64,000 nucleotides of DNA, taken from Gammaproteobacteria bacterium (GTDB taxonomy: Bacteria > Pseudomonadota > Gammaproteobacteria > SZUA-140). The notes under the pieces are model-generated. The model saw nothing but the letters and a program-made list of their open reading frames with translations, made no database searches and was not told where the DNA came from. Positions 1 through 10,364 of this stretch are shown one piece after another. Within the stretch, counting starts at the first letter, position 1. Each line of letters begins with the position of its first letter. The stretch lies in contig JADJQS010000006.1 of the NCBI GenBank assembly GCA_016712635.1, positions 511,216-575,215 of the forward strand. The letters are read 5' to 3'. The position numbers and the translations under genes are program-made.

Positions 1-2
1 AG

Positions 3-1046
3 ATGCACGGCATGGCGATCCCGCCCACGCTGAAGGCGGTCGGCCGCGCCGGCGCCGGGGTGAACAATATCCCGGTGGCCGACATGAGCAAGCTCGGCAT
101 CCCGGTGTTCAACGCCCCGGGTGCGAACGCCAACGCCGTGAAAGAGCTGGTGGTCGCGGGCATGCTGCTCGCCTGCCGCAACATCTGCCAGGCGTGGGAT
201 TTCGCGCGCAACCTTGAGGGCGACGACGAATCCATCGGAAAACAGGCCGAGGCGGGCAAAAAGGATTTCGTCGGCTTCGAACTGCCGGGCCGTACCCTGG
301 GCGTGATCGGGCTGGGGGCGATCGGCATCAAGGTTGCCAACGTCGCCATCGACCTCGGCATGCGCGTGATCGGCTACGACCCCAAGATTACCGTACAGAG
401 CGCCTGGCGCCTGTCGTCCGAGGTGCAGCAGGCCGTGAGCCTGGACGACATGCTGTCCAAGGTGGATTTCGTCACCTTCCATGTGCCGCTCACCGACGAG
501 ACCCGCAACATGATCAATGCGGACCGCCTCAAGCGCATGAAGAACGGCGCGGTAATCCTGAATTTCGCGCGCGAAGGCATTGTCGACACCGCCGCGGTGA
601 GTGCTGCGATCGACGCCGGCAGGATCTACGCCTATGTGTGCGACTTTCCGGGTAAACAGCTCAAGAATCACAAGCGCGTGATCGCCCTGCCACATCTCGG
701 CGCCTCCACCGACGAGGCGGAGGAGAACTGTGCCGTCATGGTGGCGGACCAGGTGCGTGACTATCTCGAGAACGGCAATATCTTCAACGCGGTCAACTTC
801 CCCGAGGTGCACATGCCGCGCACCGAGGGCTTCCGCATCGCCATCGCCAACGCCAACGTGCCCAACATGGTCGGCCAGATCTCGACCGCAATGGCGAAGG
901 CGGGGCTGAACATCATCGACCTGCTCAACAAGTCGCGCGGCGAGATCGCCTATACCCTGGCCGATGTGGACCGCAAGATCCCGGCCGAGGTTGTGGAAGG
1001 CATACGCAAGATCGACGGCGTGCTGAATGTGCGGGTGATTGATTAG
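3..1046 (+). CDS. serA: D-3-phosphoglycerate dehydrogenase, 5'-truncated by the window edge. Has a 2-hydroxyacid dehydrogenase NAD-binding GxGxxG region and a C-terminal ACT domain.
   Basis: ORF track translation: GVIGLGAIGIKVA NAD motif, catalytic region, C-terminal ACT-like tail. The stop TAG is immediately followed by a repeat. Confidence 0.75.
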   Translation: MHGMAIPPTLKAVGRAGAGVNNIPVADMSKLGIPVFNAPGANANAVKELVVAGMLLACRNICQAWDFARNLEGDDESIGKQAEAGKKDFVGFELPGRTLGVIGLGAIGIKVANVAIDLGMRVIGYDPKITVQSAWRLSSEVQQAVSLDDMLSKVDFVTFHVPLTDETRNMINADRLKRMKNGAVILNFAREGIVDTAAVSAAIDAGRIYAYVCDFPGKQLKNHKRVIALPHLGASTDEAEENCAVMVADQVRDYLENGNIFNAVNFPEVHMPRTEGFRIAIANANVPNMVGQISTAMAKAGLNIIDLLNKSRGEIAYTLADVDRKIPAEVVEGIRKIDGVLNVRVID

Positions 1047-1165
1047 TGAGGAGAGAGGCGTGAGGAGTGAGGCGTAAGAGAATAAGATGTAATCATCCTG
1101 GCGAGGGGAGCTTCCCTGATTCCAGGTTTTTCGCGCCTAGCACCTCACCCCTCACGCCTCACGTT
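1047..1165. repeat. Heptamer-arm palindromic element copy A. Left arm GTGAGG(A/C) repeats, loop of about 60 nt, right arm CCTCAC repeats.
   Basis: gtgaggagagaggcgtgaggagtgaggcg ... cacctcacccctcacgcctcacg read directly. Starts 1 nt after the serA stop. Confidence 0.8.
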
Positions 1166-1178
1166 TACTGGATCTGAA

Positions 1179-2288
1179 ATGTCCGAAGACGCGAAACTGA
1201 AGTCCATCCGCGCGCGCATCGATCAGATCGACGGGAAGCTGCAGGATCTGATCAGCGAGCGGGCCCGCTGCGCGCTCGAGGTGGCGCGGCTGAAGCAGAC
1301 ATCCGGCGACCTCGACTACTATCGGCCGGAGCGCGAGGCACAGGTCCTGCAGACCGTGATCGGTCGCAATCAGGGTCCGCTCGACGACGAGGTCGTGGCG
1401 CGCCTGTTCCGGGAGATCATGTCGGCCTGCCTGGCGCTGCAGCGTCCGATCGCCGTCGCCTACCTTGGGCCGGAAGGAACGTACACCGAGGCTTCGGTCT
1501 TCAAGCATTTCGGCCAGGAGGTGACGGCACGGCCTCTCGCCGCCATCGACGAGGTTTTCCGCGATGTCGAGGCGGGCGCCGTCGACTACGGCGTGGTCCC
1601 GATCGAGAATTCCTCTGAAGGGGCGGTCGACCACACGCTCGACATGTTCATGAGCTCGCCGCTCAAGATCTGCAGCGAGATCGAGCTGCGCATCCACCAC
1701 AACCTGCTGGGCAAGGCCGCGGACCTGGGTACCGTGAACCGGGTCTACGCGCATCAGATGGCGCTGGCGCAATGCCGCGAGTGGCTCAATGCGCACCTCT
1801 CCGGCGTCGAATGCGAGGCGGTCAGCAGCAATGCCGGGGCCGCGCGGCGCGCGCAGGACGAACCGGGCGCCGCGGCCATCGCCGGCGTCAATGCGGCCGC
1901 CATCTACGGACTGGATATCCTGGCGGCGAATATCGAGGACAAACCGGACAACACCACCCGCTTCCTGGTGATCGGGCGCAAGATCCCCGCGCCGAGCGGA
2001 CGGGACAAGACGTCACTGCTCGTCTCGACCACCAACCGGCCCGGCGCGCTCTTCCGGCTTTTGAAACCACTGGCCGAGCATGGTATTTCGATGACGCGCA
2101 TCGAATCACGGCCGTCGCGGCGGGAAATGTGGGAATATGTGTTCTTCATCGACATCGAGGGGCACGCGCAGGAAGAGAAGGTGGCCTCGGTGATCGGGAT
2201 CCTGGAAAATGAGGCCGCCATGCTCAAGGTGCTCGGTTCGTATCCGTGTGCGGTAGGGGACGGATTTCAAATCCGTCCCCATAAATGA
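1179..2288 (+). CDS. pheA: Bifunctional chorismate mutase / prephenate dehydratase with C-terminal ACT domain.
   Basis: N-terminal chorismate-mutase coiled-coil region, PDT domain (ESRPSRRE...), ACT domain. The last ~11 aa (GDGFQIRPHK) are encoded by a hairpin repeat. Confidence 0.9.
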   Translation: MSEDAKLKSIRARIDQIDGKLQDLISERARCALEVARLKQTSGDLDYYRPEREAQVLQTVIGRNQGPLDDEVVARLFREIMSACLALQRPIAVAYLGPEGTYTEASVFKHFGQEVTARPLAAIDEVFRDVEAGAVDYGVVPIENSSEGAVDHTLDMFMSSPLKICSEIELRIHHNLLGKAADLGTVNRVYAHQMALAQCREWLNAHLSGVECEAVSSNAGAARRAQDEPGAAAIAGVNAAAIYGLDILAANIEDKPDNTTRFLVIGRKIPAPSGRDKTSLLVSTTNRPGALFRLLKPLAEHGISMTRIESRPSRREMWEYVFFIDIEGHAQEEKVASVIGILENEAAMLKVLGSYPCAVGDGFQIRPHK

Positions 2289-2320
2289 GTCTGGGACAGA
2301 TTTTAATCTGTCCCAGACAC
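2256..2320. repeat. Two tandem GGGAC(A/G)GAT-family hairpins (ggggacggatttcaaatccgtcccc and ctgggacagattttaatctgtcccag). The first overlaps the pheA 3' end.
   Basis: Perfect 10-bp stems with TTCAAA / TTTTAA loops read directly. Likely terminator / REP-like. Confidence 0.7.
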
Positions 2321-2333
2321 CTTAATTAATCGG

Positions 2334-3362
2334 GTGCAACAAATGATCGTCATCATGAAGGCCAATTCGACCGACGCGCAGATCGAAGCCGTAGAGGGCC
2401 ATCTGCGCTCGCTCGGACTGCAGCCCCACACCTCGCGCGGCATGCAGCGCACCGTCGTCGGAGCGATCGGCGACGAACGCGAGATCGACCTTGACCGTGT
2501 CGGGGTGCTGGACGGCGTCGAGCGCGTCGTGCGCGTGATGAAGCCCTACAAGTTCGTCTCGCGCGAGTCGCACGAGCGCGATTCGGTCATCGACGTGAAG
2601 GGCATCCCGATCGGCGGCAGGACGATCCAGATCATCGGCGGACCCTGCTCGGTGGAGACGCCGGAACAGATGGAGGCCGCCGCCGCCGGCGTTGCCGCGG
2701 CCGGCTGCCGCCTGATGCGCGGCGGTGCCTTCAAGCCGCGCACCAGCCCGTATGCCTTCCAGGGCAAGGGCGTCGAAGGGTTGAGCATGTTCAAGGAGGC
2801 CGCGGGGCGCCACGGGCTGCCCATCGTCACCGAACTGATGGACGTGCGCATGCTGGATGTATTCCTGGAGCACAAGGTCGACGTGATCCAGATCGGCACG
2901 CGCAACATGCAGAACTTCGACCTGCTGAAGGAGGTCGGACGCAGCACCCACACCCCGGTGATCCTCAAGCGCGGCCTGTCGGCGACGATTTCCGAATGGC
3001 TGATGGCGGCCGAGTACATCGCCGCCGGCGGCAACCACAACATCATCTTCTGCGAACGCGGCGTGCGCACCTTCGAGGACGCCTATCGCAACATGCTCGA
3101 CGTCACCGCCGTGCCGATGCTGAAGCGCGAGACCCACCTGCCGGTGCTGATCGATCCCAGCCACGCCGGCGGCAAGGCCTGGATGGTGCCGGCGCTGTCG
3201 CGCGCGGCGATCGCCGCCGGCGCGGACGGCCTGCTGGTGGAGATGCATCCCAATCCGCCCGCGGCGTGGTCGGACGCCGACCAGGCGCTCAATCCCCAGG
3301 AACTCGCCGCCCTGATGGGTGAGCTGCGCGGCATCGCAAGTGTGCTCGGACGCGAGCTCTGA
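2334..3362 (+). CDS. 3-deoxy-7-phosphoheptulonate (DAHP) synthase, class I-beta (KDO8P/DAHP family) with an N-terminal ferredoxin-like regulatory domain.
   Basis: Translation shows the N-terminal regulatory domain followed by a TIM-barrel with the GPCSVE and KPRTSPY motifs typical of Thermotoga/Aquifex-type DAHPS. Confidence 0.8.
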   Translation: MQQMIVIMKANSTDAQIEAVEGHLRSLGLQPHTSRGMQRTVVGAIGDEREIDLDRVGVLDGVERVVRVMKPYKFVSRESHERDSVIDVKGIPIGGRTIQIIGGPCSVETPEQMEAAAAGVAAAGCRLMRGGAFKPRTSPYAFQGKGVEGLSMFKEAAGRHGLPIVTELMDVRMLDVFLEHKVDVIQIGTRNMQNFDLLKEVGRSTHTPVILKRGLSATISEWLMAAEYIAAGGNHNIIFCERGVRTFEDAYRNMLDVTAVPMLKRETHLPVLIDPSHAGGKAWMVPALSRAAIAAGADGLLVEMHPNPPAAWSDADQALNPQELAALMGELRGIASVLGREL

Positions 3363-3400
3363 CGCGCCTTGCCAGGCCGACCGACCATTGCGCCCCGAAC

Positions 3401-4297
3401 ATGTCCCCTGACGCGCCAACCAGACGGCTGACCATCATCGGCGTCGGCCTGATCGGCGGATCGCTGGCGCGGGCGCTCAGGCGCGCATTCCCCGGCACCG
3501 AGATCATCGGCTCCGGGCGCCAGTTGCCCAACCTGCGGCGTGCGCTGGAGCTCGGCGTCATCGACCGCCACGAGACCGATCCGGCGCGCGCGGTAGAAGG
3601 AGCGGATCTGGTCGTGATTGCCGTACCGGTCGGGGCGATCGAATCCGTATTCGCCGCGATCGACGGGCATCTCGCGGCGGACGCGGTCATCACCGATGTC
3701 GGCAGTACGAAAGGCAATGTGGTCAGCTCTGCGCGGCGACGGCTCGGCGATCACCTGGCCGACTTCGTTCCCGGGCACCCGATCGCGGGCACGGAGCGCA
3801 GCGGCGTCGAGGCCTCGTTCGCCGAGCTGTTTCACGGCTGCCGGGTGATCCTGACGCCGCTCTCCGAGACGCGCCGCGCGGCGGTCGAACGCGTGCGCGC
3901 CGTATGGGAATGCGCCGGTGCGCGCGTGACCGAGATGGACGTGCGGCATCACGACGAGGTCCTGGCCGCCACCAGCCATCTGCCGCACCTGCTGGCCTAT
4001 ACGCTGGTCGACACCCTGGCGCGCATGGACGACAGCGAGGAGATCTTCGATTATGCCGCCGGCGGCTTCCGCGACTTCACGCGGATCGCCTCGTCGGACC
4101 CGGTGCTGTGGCGCGACATCTGCCTGGCCAATCGTGAGGCGATGCTCGGCATACTCCAGCGCTTCAGCGCAGACCTTGCCGGCATAGCCGAGGCCGTGCG
4201 CCGCGCCGACGGCGATCAACTGATGAAGGTGTTCGCGCACGCGAAGGAAGTGCGGGACCGGTTTTCCAAGAAAGGAACAGTGAGGAGTGAGGAGTGA
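3401..4297 (+). CDS. tyrA: Prephenate / cyclohexadienyl dehydrogenase.
   Basis: IIGVGLIGGSLARAL Rossmann motif and PDH domain. The stop lies within the repeat (..VRSEE*). Confidence 0.85.
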   Translation: MSPDAPTRRLTIIGVGLIGGSLARALRRAFPGTEIIGSGRQLPNLRRALELGVIDRHETDPARAVEGADLVVIAVPVGAIESVFAAIDGHLAADAVITDVGSTKGNVVSSARRRLGDHLADFVPGHPIAGTERSGVEASFAELFHGCRVILTPLSETRRAAVERVRAVWECAGARVTEMDVRHHDEVLAATSHLPHLLAYTLVDTLARMDDSEEIFDYAAGGFRDFTRIASSDPVLWRDICLANREAMLGILQRFSADLAGIAEAVRRADGDQLMKVFAHAKEVRDRFSKKGTVRSEE

Positions 4298-4378
4298 AGT
4301 GTGAGGCGCATAATATGGTGAGTGATATTGAGCATATTTCCTGTGTCGCCTCACTCCTCACGCCTAACGCCTCACCAA
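4280..4378. repeat. Heptamer-arm element copy B between tyrA and aroA.
   Basis: agtgaggagtgaggagtgaagtgtgaggcg ... gcctcactcctcacgcctaacgcctcacc. Supplies the tyrA stop codon. Confidence 0.8.
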
Positions 4379-4385
4379 TGCTGCG

Positions 4386-5762
4386 ATGACCACGAAAGAA
4401 CACATCTTCGATATCAGCCCCGGCGGCCGTCTAACCGGCGACATCCGCGTCCCCGGCGACAAATCCATCTCGCACCGCTCCATCATGTTCGGTTCGCTGG
4501 CGGAGGGCGTGACCGAAGTGGAAGGATTCCTCGAGGGCGAGGACAGCCTGGCGACCCTGGCGGCGTTTCGCCGCATGGGGGTCGTCATCGACGGGCCCGA
4601 ACGGGGCAGGGTCACCATTCACGGCGTCGGCCTGCGCGGCCTGCGGGCGCCCGATGGCCCGCTCGATCTAGGCAACTCCGGCACATCGATGCGTCTCATG
4701 TCTGGCCTGCTCATCGCGCAAGCTTTCGACACGGAACTGACCGGCGACGCCTCGCTGTCACGCCGGCCGATGCGCCGTGTGACGCAGCCGCTGGCATCGA
4801 TGGGGGCGCGCATCGAGACCGGGGATTCGGGTACGCCACCGCTGCGGATCCGTGGCGGATCCAGGCTGCACGGAGTGCGTTATGACATGCCGGTGGCGAG
4901 CGCCCAGGTCAAGTCAGCGCTGCTGCTTGCCGGACTCTATGCCGAAGGGGAGACCTGCGTGACCGAGCCCGCGCCGACGCGCGACCATACCGAACGCATG
5001 CTCACCGCCTTCGGCTATCTGGTCACGCGCCACCACAACACGGTCTGTGTGAAAGGGGGAGGTAGACTCAATCCGACCCGCATCGAGATCCCGGCGGACA
5101 TATCCTCGGCGGCATTCTTTATGGTCGGCGCCGCGATCGCGCCGGATTCTGACGTGACGCTGACAGGCGTCGGCATCAACCCGACACGCATCGGGGTCAT
5201 CAATATCCTGCAGCAGATGGGCGCGCGGATCGAGTTGATCGACAAACGCATGTACGGCGGCGAACCGGTGGCCGACCTGCGCGTGCGCACGAGCGCCCTC
5301 AAGGGGATCGAGATCCCGCTTGAACAGGTCCCGCTGGCGATCGACGAATTTCCCGCCCTCTTCATCGCCGCGGCCTGCGCCGAAGGGCGGACGGTCCTGG
5401 CCGGCGCGGAGGAACTGCGCGTCAAGGAGAGCGACCGCATCCAGGTCATGGCTGACGGGCTGCAGCTGCTGGGCATTGATGCGGAACCGACACCGGACGG
5501 GATCATTATTCACGGAAAGGGCGGAGCCGATGCCAGGGGGACGGATGTAAAATCTGTCCCCGAGGATGAAGCGGTGTTTTCCGGCGGCGAGATCCAGAGC
5601 CACGGCGACCACCGCATCGCCATGGCCTTCGCCATAGCCGCACTGCGCGCCTCGAGTCCGATCCGCGTCCGTGACTGCAAGAATGTCGATACCTCGTTCC
5701 CGGAGGTTGTGGAGTTGGCAAGGGGGGCAGAGCTGGGGGTACGTATGAGGGGTGAGGCGTGA
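4386..5762 (+). CDS. aroA: 3-phosphoshikimate 1-carboxyvinyltransferase (EPSP synthase). At 458 aa it is longer than typical; it contains a hairpin-derived internal insertion and a repeat-derived C-terminal tail.
   Basis: Conserved LGNSGTSMRL, RPMRR and HGDHRIAMAFA motifs. An internal GGGGACGGAT..ATCTGTCCCC hairpin sits at about 5535-5561 in frame. The tail ..VRMRGEA* is encoded by the repeat. Confidence 0.9.
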   Translation: MTTKEHIFDISPGGRLTGDIRVPGDKSISHRSIMFGSLAEGVTEVEGFLEGEDSLATLAAFRRMGVVIDGPERGRVTIHGVGLRGLRAPDGPLDLGNSGTSMRLMSGLLIAQAFDTELTGDASLSRRPMRRVTQPLASMGARIETGDSGTPPLRIRGGSRLHGVRYDMPVASAQVKSALLLAGLYAEGETCVTEPAPTRDHTERMLTAFGYLVTRHHNTVCVKGGGRLNPTRIEIPADISSAAFFMVGAAIAPDSDVTLTGVGINPTRIGVINILQQMGARIELIDKRMYGGEPVADLRVRTSALKGIEIPLEQVPLAIDEFPALFIAAACAEGRTVLAGAEELRVKESDRIQVMADGLQLLGIDAEPTPDGIIIHGKGGADARGTDVKSVPEDEAVFSGGEIQSHGDHRIAMAFAIAALRASSPIRVRDCKNVDTSFPEVVELARGAELGVRMRGEA

Positions 5763-5855
5763 GGAGTGAGGAGAAAGAGTACGTCGAGTGGATTCAGCCT
5801 TCTGCCAATCAGATTCCGGTTTTTCGCCTCACGCCTACCCCTCACGCTTCACCTG
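5745..5855. repeat. Heptamer-arm element copy C between aroA and cmk.
   Basis: atgaggggtgaggcgtgaggagtgagg ... cgcctcacgcctacccctcacgcttcacc. Confidence 0.8.
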
Positions 5856-5898
5856 TAGTTTCGATATATAATGCAGTAAGTTACACTGAATTCTTGAT

Positions 5899-6585
5899 AT
5901 GGATACTCAAGACAAGGCGCCAGTCATCACGGTCGACGGTCCCGGCGGAGTCGGGAAGGGGACGGTCAGCCGGATCCTGGCCGGCAGGCTGGGCTGGCAC
6001 TTGCTCGACAGCGGCGCCCTCTATCGCCTGGTCGGCCTGAGCGCGCTGAGACGGGGTGTTGCACTCGCGAACGAGGCGGCGGTGGCCGCGCTCGCCATGA
6101 ATCTGGATGTGAATTTCACCGGTAACAGCGATGAGAACGCGGTTATCACTCTTGGTAACGCCGACGTGAGCGATGCAATCCGCGCTGAAAATGTCGGATC
6201 GGCCGCTTCCCGGGTCGCCGCCTTGCCCGCCGTTCGCCAGGCCTTGCTGGAGCGGCAGCGCCGGTTTCGCCAGCCCCCGGGGCTCGTGGCCGATGGCCGC
6301 GATATGGGGACAGTGGTCTTTCCGGATGCCCAGCTCAAGGTGTTTCTCCAGGCCAGCCCGGATGAGCGCGCATCAAGGCGCTATAAACAGTTGAAGGACA
6401 AGGGAATCAGTGTTAGTCTAAGTGCCCTTCTGAAGGAAATTGAAGAACGTGACATGCGGGACAGCGGTCGTCGGATAGCACCGATGAAGCCGGCAGAGGG
6501 CGCCGTCATGATCGATACCACCCATATGGGTATCGAAGAAGTGGTGGACAGTATCCTGCAGGCGTGGGAAATCCGCACGTCATGA
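5899..6585 (+). CDS. cmk: Cytidylate kinase.
   Basis: P-loop [11 protein letters not shown]. Conserved position upstream of rpsA. Confidence 0.9.
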   Translation: MDTQDKAPVITVDGPGGVGKGTVSRILAGRLGWHLLDSGALYRLVGLSALRRGVALANEAAVAALAMNLDVNFTGNSDENAVITLGNADVSDAIRAENVGSAASRVAALPAVRQALLERQRRFRQPPGLVADGRDMGTVVFPDAQLKVFLQASPDERASRRYKQLKDKGISVSLSALLKEIEERDMRDSGRRIAPMKPAEGAVMIDTTHMGIEEVVDSILQAWEIRTS

Positions 6586-6752
6586 AAAACCGGGAAACCG
6601 TATTCTTCAAGCCGTTTCTGAAGCTTAGATAAAGGTGCCCACCGCCGGGACATGCATCCCGCGGCGAGGCGTATGTTAAATCGTCTGCATTCGCAGATAT
6701 AACCAAGGGAATTGCCCGTCGCCAGCCGCCGCGGCAAGGAAACGTAAACCCA

Positions 6753-8429
6753 ATGAGTGAAAGCTTCGCACAACTTTTTGAACAGACCCAGGTAGAAAAG
6801 CAGATGCGTCCCGGTTCCATCGTGATCGGGATCGTCGTCAGCGTCGGCCCTGATGTCGTCGTGGTCAATGCCGGCCTTAAATCCGAGGGCGTCATCCCGA
6901 TCGAGCAGTTCTTCAATGACAGCGGCGTCGCCGATGTGCGCGTCGGCGACTCGATCGAAGTCGCGCTCGACGCCGTCGAGGACGGCACCGGAGAAACCCG
7001 CCTCTCCCGCGAGAAGGCCCGCCGCATCAAGCAGTGGGACATTCTCGACCAGGTCATGGCCAACGGCGACAAGGTCGTCGGCCGCATCAGCGGCAAGGTC
7101 AAGGGCGGCTTCACAGTCGACATCGGCGATATCCGCGCGTTCCTGCCCGGCTCGCTGGTCGACATCCGCCCGGTGCGCGACCTGTCCCACCTGGAAGGCA
7201 AGGATCTCGAATTCAAGATCGTCAAGACCGACCGCAAGCGCAATAACGTCGTCGTGTCGCGCCGCGCCGTGGTCGAGAGCGAAGGCAGCGCCGAGCGTGA
7301 TGCCCTGCTGTCCAACCTGGAGGAAGGCCAGGTGGTCAAGGGCGTGGTGAAGAACCTGACCGATTACGGCGCGTTCATCGACCTCGGCGGCATCGACGGC
7401 CTGCTGCACATCACCGACATGGCGTGGAAGCGCATCAAACAGCCGGCGGACATCGTCAATATCGGCGACGAGATCAACGTCAAGATCCTCAAGTTCGACC
7501 GCGAACGCAATCGCGTGTCGCTGGGACTCAAGCAACTGGGCGAGGATCCGTGGGAGAACCTCACGCGGCGCTACCCGGTCGGCTCCAAGGTGTTCGGCAA
7601 GGTCACCAATATCGCCGACTACGGCTGCTTCGTCGAGATCGAGGAGGGCGTGGAAGGCCTGGTGCACGTGTCGGAGATGGACTGGACCAACAAGAACATG
7701 CATCCCTCGAAGGTGGTGCATCTGGGCGACGAGATCGAGGTCATGGTGCTCGACATCGACGCCGACCGCCGCCGCATCTCGCTCGGCATCAAGCAGTGCC
7801 AGTCGAATCCGTGGGAGGATTTCGCGGGCCGCCACAACAAGGGCGACAAGATTGCGGGCGTGATCAAGTCAATCACCGACTTCGGCATCTTCGTCGGACT
7901 GGAAGGCGGCATCGACGGCCTGCTGCATCTGTCGGACCTGTCCTGGAACGCCGTAGGGGAAGAGTCGGCTCACAACTTCAAGAAGGGCGACGAGATCGAG
8001 ACCGTTATCCTGGCGATCGATCCGGAGCGCGAGCGCATCTCGCTCGGCATCAAGCAGCTCGAGCGTGATCCGTTCGAACTGTACGTGGCGGAGCATCCCA
8101 AGGGCAGCATTGTCACCGGCAAGGTCACCGCGATCGACGCCAAGGGCGTGACAGTGACGCTGGCGGACAGCGTGGAAGGTTATATCCGCTCGGCAGACCT
8201 GTCGCGCGAACGGGTGGAGGACGCCCATTCCGTGGTCACCGTCGGACAGGACGTGGAGGCGAAGTTCACCGGCGTGAACCGCAAGAACCACACCATCATG
8301 CTTTCGATCAAGGCGAAAGACGAGCATGAGGAGGCCGAAGCGGTCAGGGAATACAGCCGTTCCTCTTCCGAATCCGGTGGGGCAACGACGCTGGGGGATC
8401 TGATCAAGGAGCAGCTCGACAACAAATAA
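6753..8429 (+). CDS. rpsA: 30S ribosomal protein S1 (six S1 domains).
   Basis: 558 aa with repeated S1 motifs. Starts [10 protein letters not shown]. Confidence 0.95.
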   Translation: MSESFAQLFEQTQVEKQMRPGSIVIGIVVSVGPDVVVVNAGLKSEGVIPIEQFFNDSGVADVRVGDSIEVALDAVEDGTGETRLSREKARRIKQWDILDQVMANGDKVVGRISGKVKGGFTVDIGDIRAFLPGSLVDIRPVRDLSHLEGKDLEFKIVKTDRKRNNVVVSRRAVVESEGSAERDALLSNLEEGQVVKGVVKNLTDYGAFIDLGGIDGLLHITDMAWKRIKQPADIVNIGDEINVKILKFDRERNRVSLGLKQLGEDPWENLTRRYPVGSKVFGKVTNIADYGCFVEIEEGVEGLVHVSEMDWTNKNMHPSKVVHLGDEIEVMVLDIDADRRRISLGIKQCQSNPWEDFAGRHNKGDKIAGVIKSITDFGIFVGLEGGIDGLLHLSDLSWNAVGEESAHNFKKGDEIETVILAIDPERERISLGIKQLERDPFELYVAEHPKGSIVTGKVTAIDAKGVTVTLADSVEGYIRSADLSRERVEDAHSVVTVGQDVEAKFTGVNRKNHTIMLSIKAKDEHEEAEAVREYSRSSSESGGATTLGDLIKEQLDNK

Positions 8430-8533
8430 GCGATGCGATGAACCCACAGGGACGTGGGTATCCGCGCGGGTGGTGCAGGGTTTCGTTGGATAACGGGTTG
8501 TTAGGGATAATTCCGGTATTGGGGGCCACTGTA

Positions 8534-8872
8534 ATGACGAAATCAGAACTAATAGAAATAATCGCGCAACGACAGAAACACCTTTCCTACAAGGACATCG
8601 AGTTCGCTGTAAAGACGATGATCGAACAGATGGCGCAGTCGCTTGCGAGCGGCGAGCGCATCGAAATACGCGGCTTCGGCAGTTTTTCCCTGCATTTCCG
8701 CCCCCCCAGAATGGGGCGTAATCCCAAGACCGGCGAGGCCGTGCCTCTGGCCGGCAAGCACGTGCCGCATTTCAAGCCGGGAAAGGAACTGCGCGAACGC
8801 GTCAACCGCGGTGCGGCGCAGGAAAAGACCAAGACTGCCGGCCAGCAGGCGATGACAAGGGAAATGCAGTAG
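8534..8872 (+). CDS. ihfB: Integration host factor beta subunit (HU/IHF family) with a C-terminal extension.
   Basis: [11 protein letters not shown]...[15 protein letters not shown] motif. The internal ATG at about 8534 is preferred over the ORF-track start 8438. Confidence 0.8.
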   Translation: MTKSELIEIIAQRQKHLSYKDIEFAVKTMIEQMAQSLASGERIEIRGFGSFSLHFRPPRMGRNPKTGEAVPLAGKHVPHFKPGKELRERVNRGAAQEKTKTAGQQAMTREMQ

Positions 8873-8928
8873 GGCATTGTCACTGCCCGGCCGCCGCGCC
8901 GGTCGCAAACCCGTGTCGATGAGGGCGG

Positions 8929-9222
8929 ATGAAGCGCATAATCAGTCTGGTATTCTTCCTGATCGTGCTGATCTGCGGCCTTTTCTTCGGATTGCTGAAC
9001 GCGGATTCCGTCAGGATCGACTATTACATCGGTGCGCGTGAACTCCCCCTCTCGCTGGTCCTCGTCCTCGCGCTCCTTGCGGGCGCCGTGTGCGGAGTGC
9101 TGGCCGCGCTGGGGATGATCTTCAGGAAGAACCGCGAGATCGCGCGGTTGCGCAAGGAGATCAAGATCACCGGCAAGGAACTCAGCAACCTTCGCGCGCT
9201 CCCCTACCAAGACGAACGCTGA
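8929..9222 (+). CDS. lapA: LPS assembly protein LapA (DUF1049 inner-membrane protein).
   Basis: Two TM helices plus a basic C-terminus. Immediately upstream of lapB, overlapping it as TGATG. Confidence 0.7.
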   Translation: MKRIISLVFFLIVLICGLFFGLLNADSVRIDYYIGARELPLSLVLVLALLAGAVCGVLAALGMIFRKNREIARLRKEIKITGKELSNLRALPYQDER

Positions 9223-10364
9223 TGCCGCTTGAACTGTTGTGGCTGCTGCTGCCGTTGGCCGCCGCCTCAGGCTGGTATACGGCCAGCCGCGTCAAGAGCC
9301 GCGCGCCGGACATCCGTGTCGAGCCTGAATATTTCAAGGGCATCAACTACCTCCTCAACGAACAGCCGGACAAGGCGATTGAGGTGCTGCTGCAGATCGT
9401 GCAGATCGACAGCGAGACGGTGGAGCCGCATTTCGCCCTGGGCAACCTGTTCCGACGCCAGGGTGAGGTGGATCGCGCCATCCGTATCCACCAGAATCTC
9501 ATCGCCCGTCCGCAGCTGACGCGTGCGCAGCGCAACCGTGCCCTGTTCGAGCTCGGACGCGACTATCACCAGGCCGGCCTGCTGGACCGCGCAGAGAACC
9601 TGTTCCGGGAGCTCGTCGAGCGCGATCCGAAGCATGTCGATGCCTTGCGCCTGCTGGGCGGCATTTACGAGCAGGAAAACGAATGGGAGAAGGCGATCGC
9701 CGTCACGGTCGCGCTTGACGGAAACCGGCCGGTGCTCGCCAACTACTATTGCGAACTGGCGGCACAGGCGATGGCGGCGGGCGATCACGATCGCGCTAAG
9801 AAGATGCTGCGGCGCGCCTACTTCAAGGATCGCAGGTGCGTGCGCGCGAGCCTGCTGGCGGCCACCGTCGCATGCACGGAAGGCAAGTACAAGGCGGCCA
9901 TCAAGTCGCTGCAGAGGGTGAGCCGGCAGGACCCGCTGTACCTGTCGGAGGCGGTCGTTCCGCTGCTGGATTGCCACGACAAGATCGGCCGCCCCGACCA
10001 GGCGATCGAATTCCTTGCCGCGGCACTGCGCCGGCAGGGTTCCTTTCAGCCGGTCATGCTGTTCGTGCAATACCTGGCGCGACAGCGCGGCGAAGCGGAG
10101 GCACGGCTTTACCTGGAGAGCTATCTGCAATCGCATCCCTCGCTGCCGGGCCTGGCGTATCTGCTAGAATCGCTCGGGCAGGGCGAAGGCGCCGGCGGCA
10201 GGGAATCGGTCGAGGTCGGGCTTCGCATAATTAATAAATTACTTGAGAATATCCCAATGTATCATTGTTCAAATTGCGGATTTCGAGGGAAAAGCCTGCG
10301 CTGGCAGTGTCCGGGATGCCGGCAGTGGAATACCGTCAGGCCCTATCAGGGACAGCCGGCATGA
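9222..10364 (+). CDS. lapB: LPS assembly protein LapB (TPR repeats plus a C-terminal rubredoxin-like zinc ribbon).
   Basis: N-terminal TM, TPR repeats, C-terminal CSNCGF...CPGC. The start is reassigned to the ATG overlapping the lapA stop. Confidence 0.85.
   Translation: MPLELLWLLLPLAAASGWYTASRVKSRAPDIRVEPEYFKGINYLLNEQPDKAIEVLLQIVQIDSETVEPHFALGNLFRRQGEVDRAIRIHQNLIARPQLTRAQRNRALFELGRDYHQAGLLDRAENLFRELVERDPKHVDALRLLGGIYEQENEWEKAIAVTVALDGNRPVLANYYCELAAQAMAAGDHDRAKKMLRRAYFKDRRCVRASLLAATVACTEGKYKAAIKSLQRVSRQDPLYLSEAVVPLLDCHDKIGRPDQAIEFLAAALRRQGSFQPVMLFVQYLARQRGEAEARLYLESYLQSHPSLPGLAYLLESLGQGEGAGGRESVEVGLRIINKLLENIPMYHCSNCGFRGKSLRWQCPGCRQWNTVRPYQGQPA

Noticed and set aside
6381-7835. 484-aa ORF on the minus strand antisense to rpsA. 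Similar long antisense ORFs occur at 19282-20535, 37218-38639, 40169-42055, 47484-48452, 48326-49582 and 55373-56611.
   Set aside because: They lie opposite well-supported conserved genes in a roughly 65% GC genome, where stop codons are rare in antisense frames. They show low-complexity Arg/Ala/Gly-rich translations and no recognisable domains.
9090-9221. N-terminal extension of the lapB ORF (start at 9090) and similar upstream extensions of fabH (48158), fabG (50407), pabC (54519), tatD (58710) and acpP (51496).
   Set aside because: The extensions overlap upstream genes in another frame, are Arg/Pro-rich, and bypass canonical N-terminal motifs. Internal starts with RBS or overlap-coupled start codons fit better.
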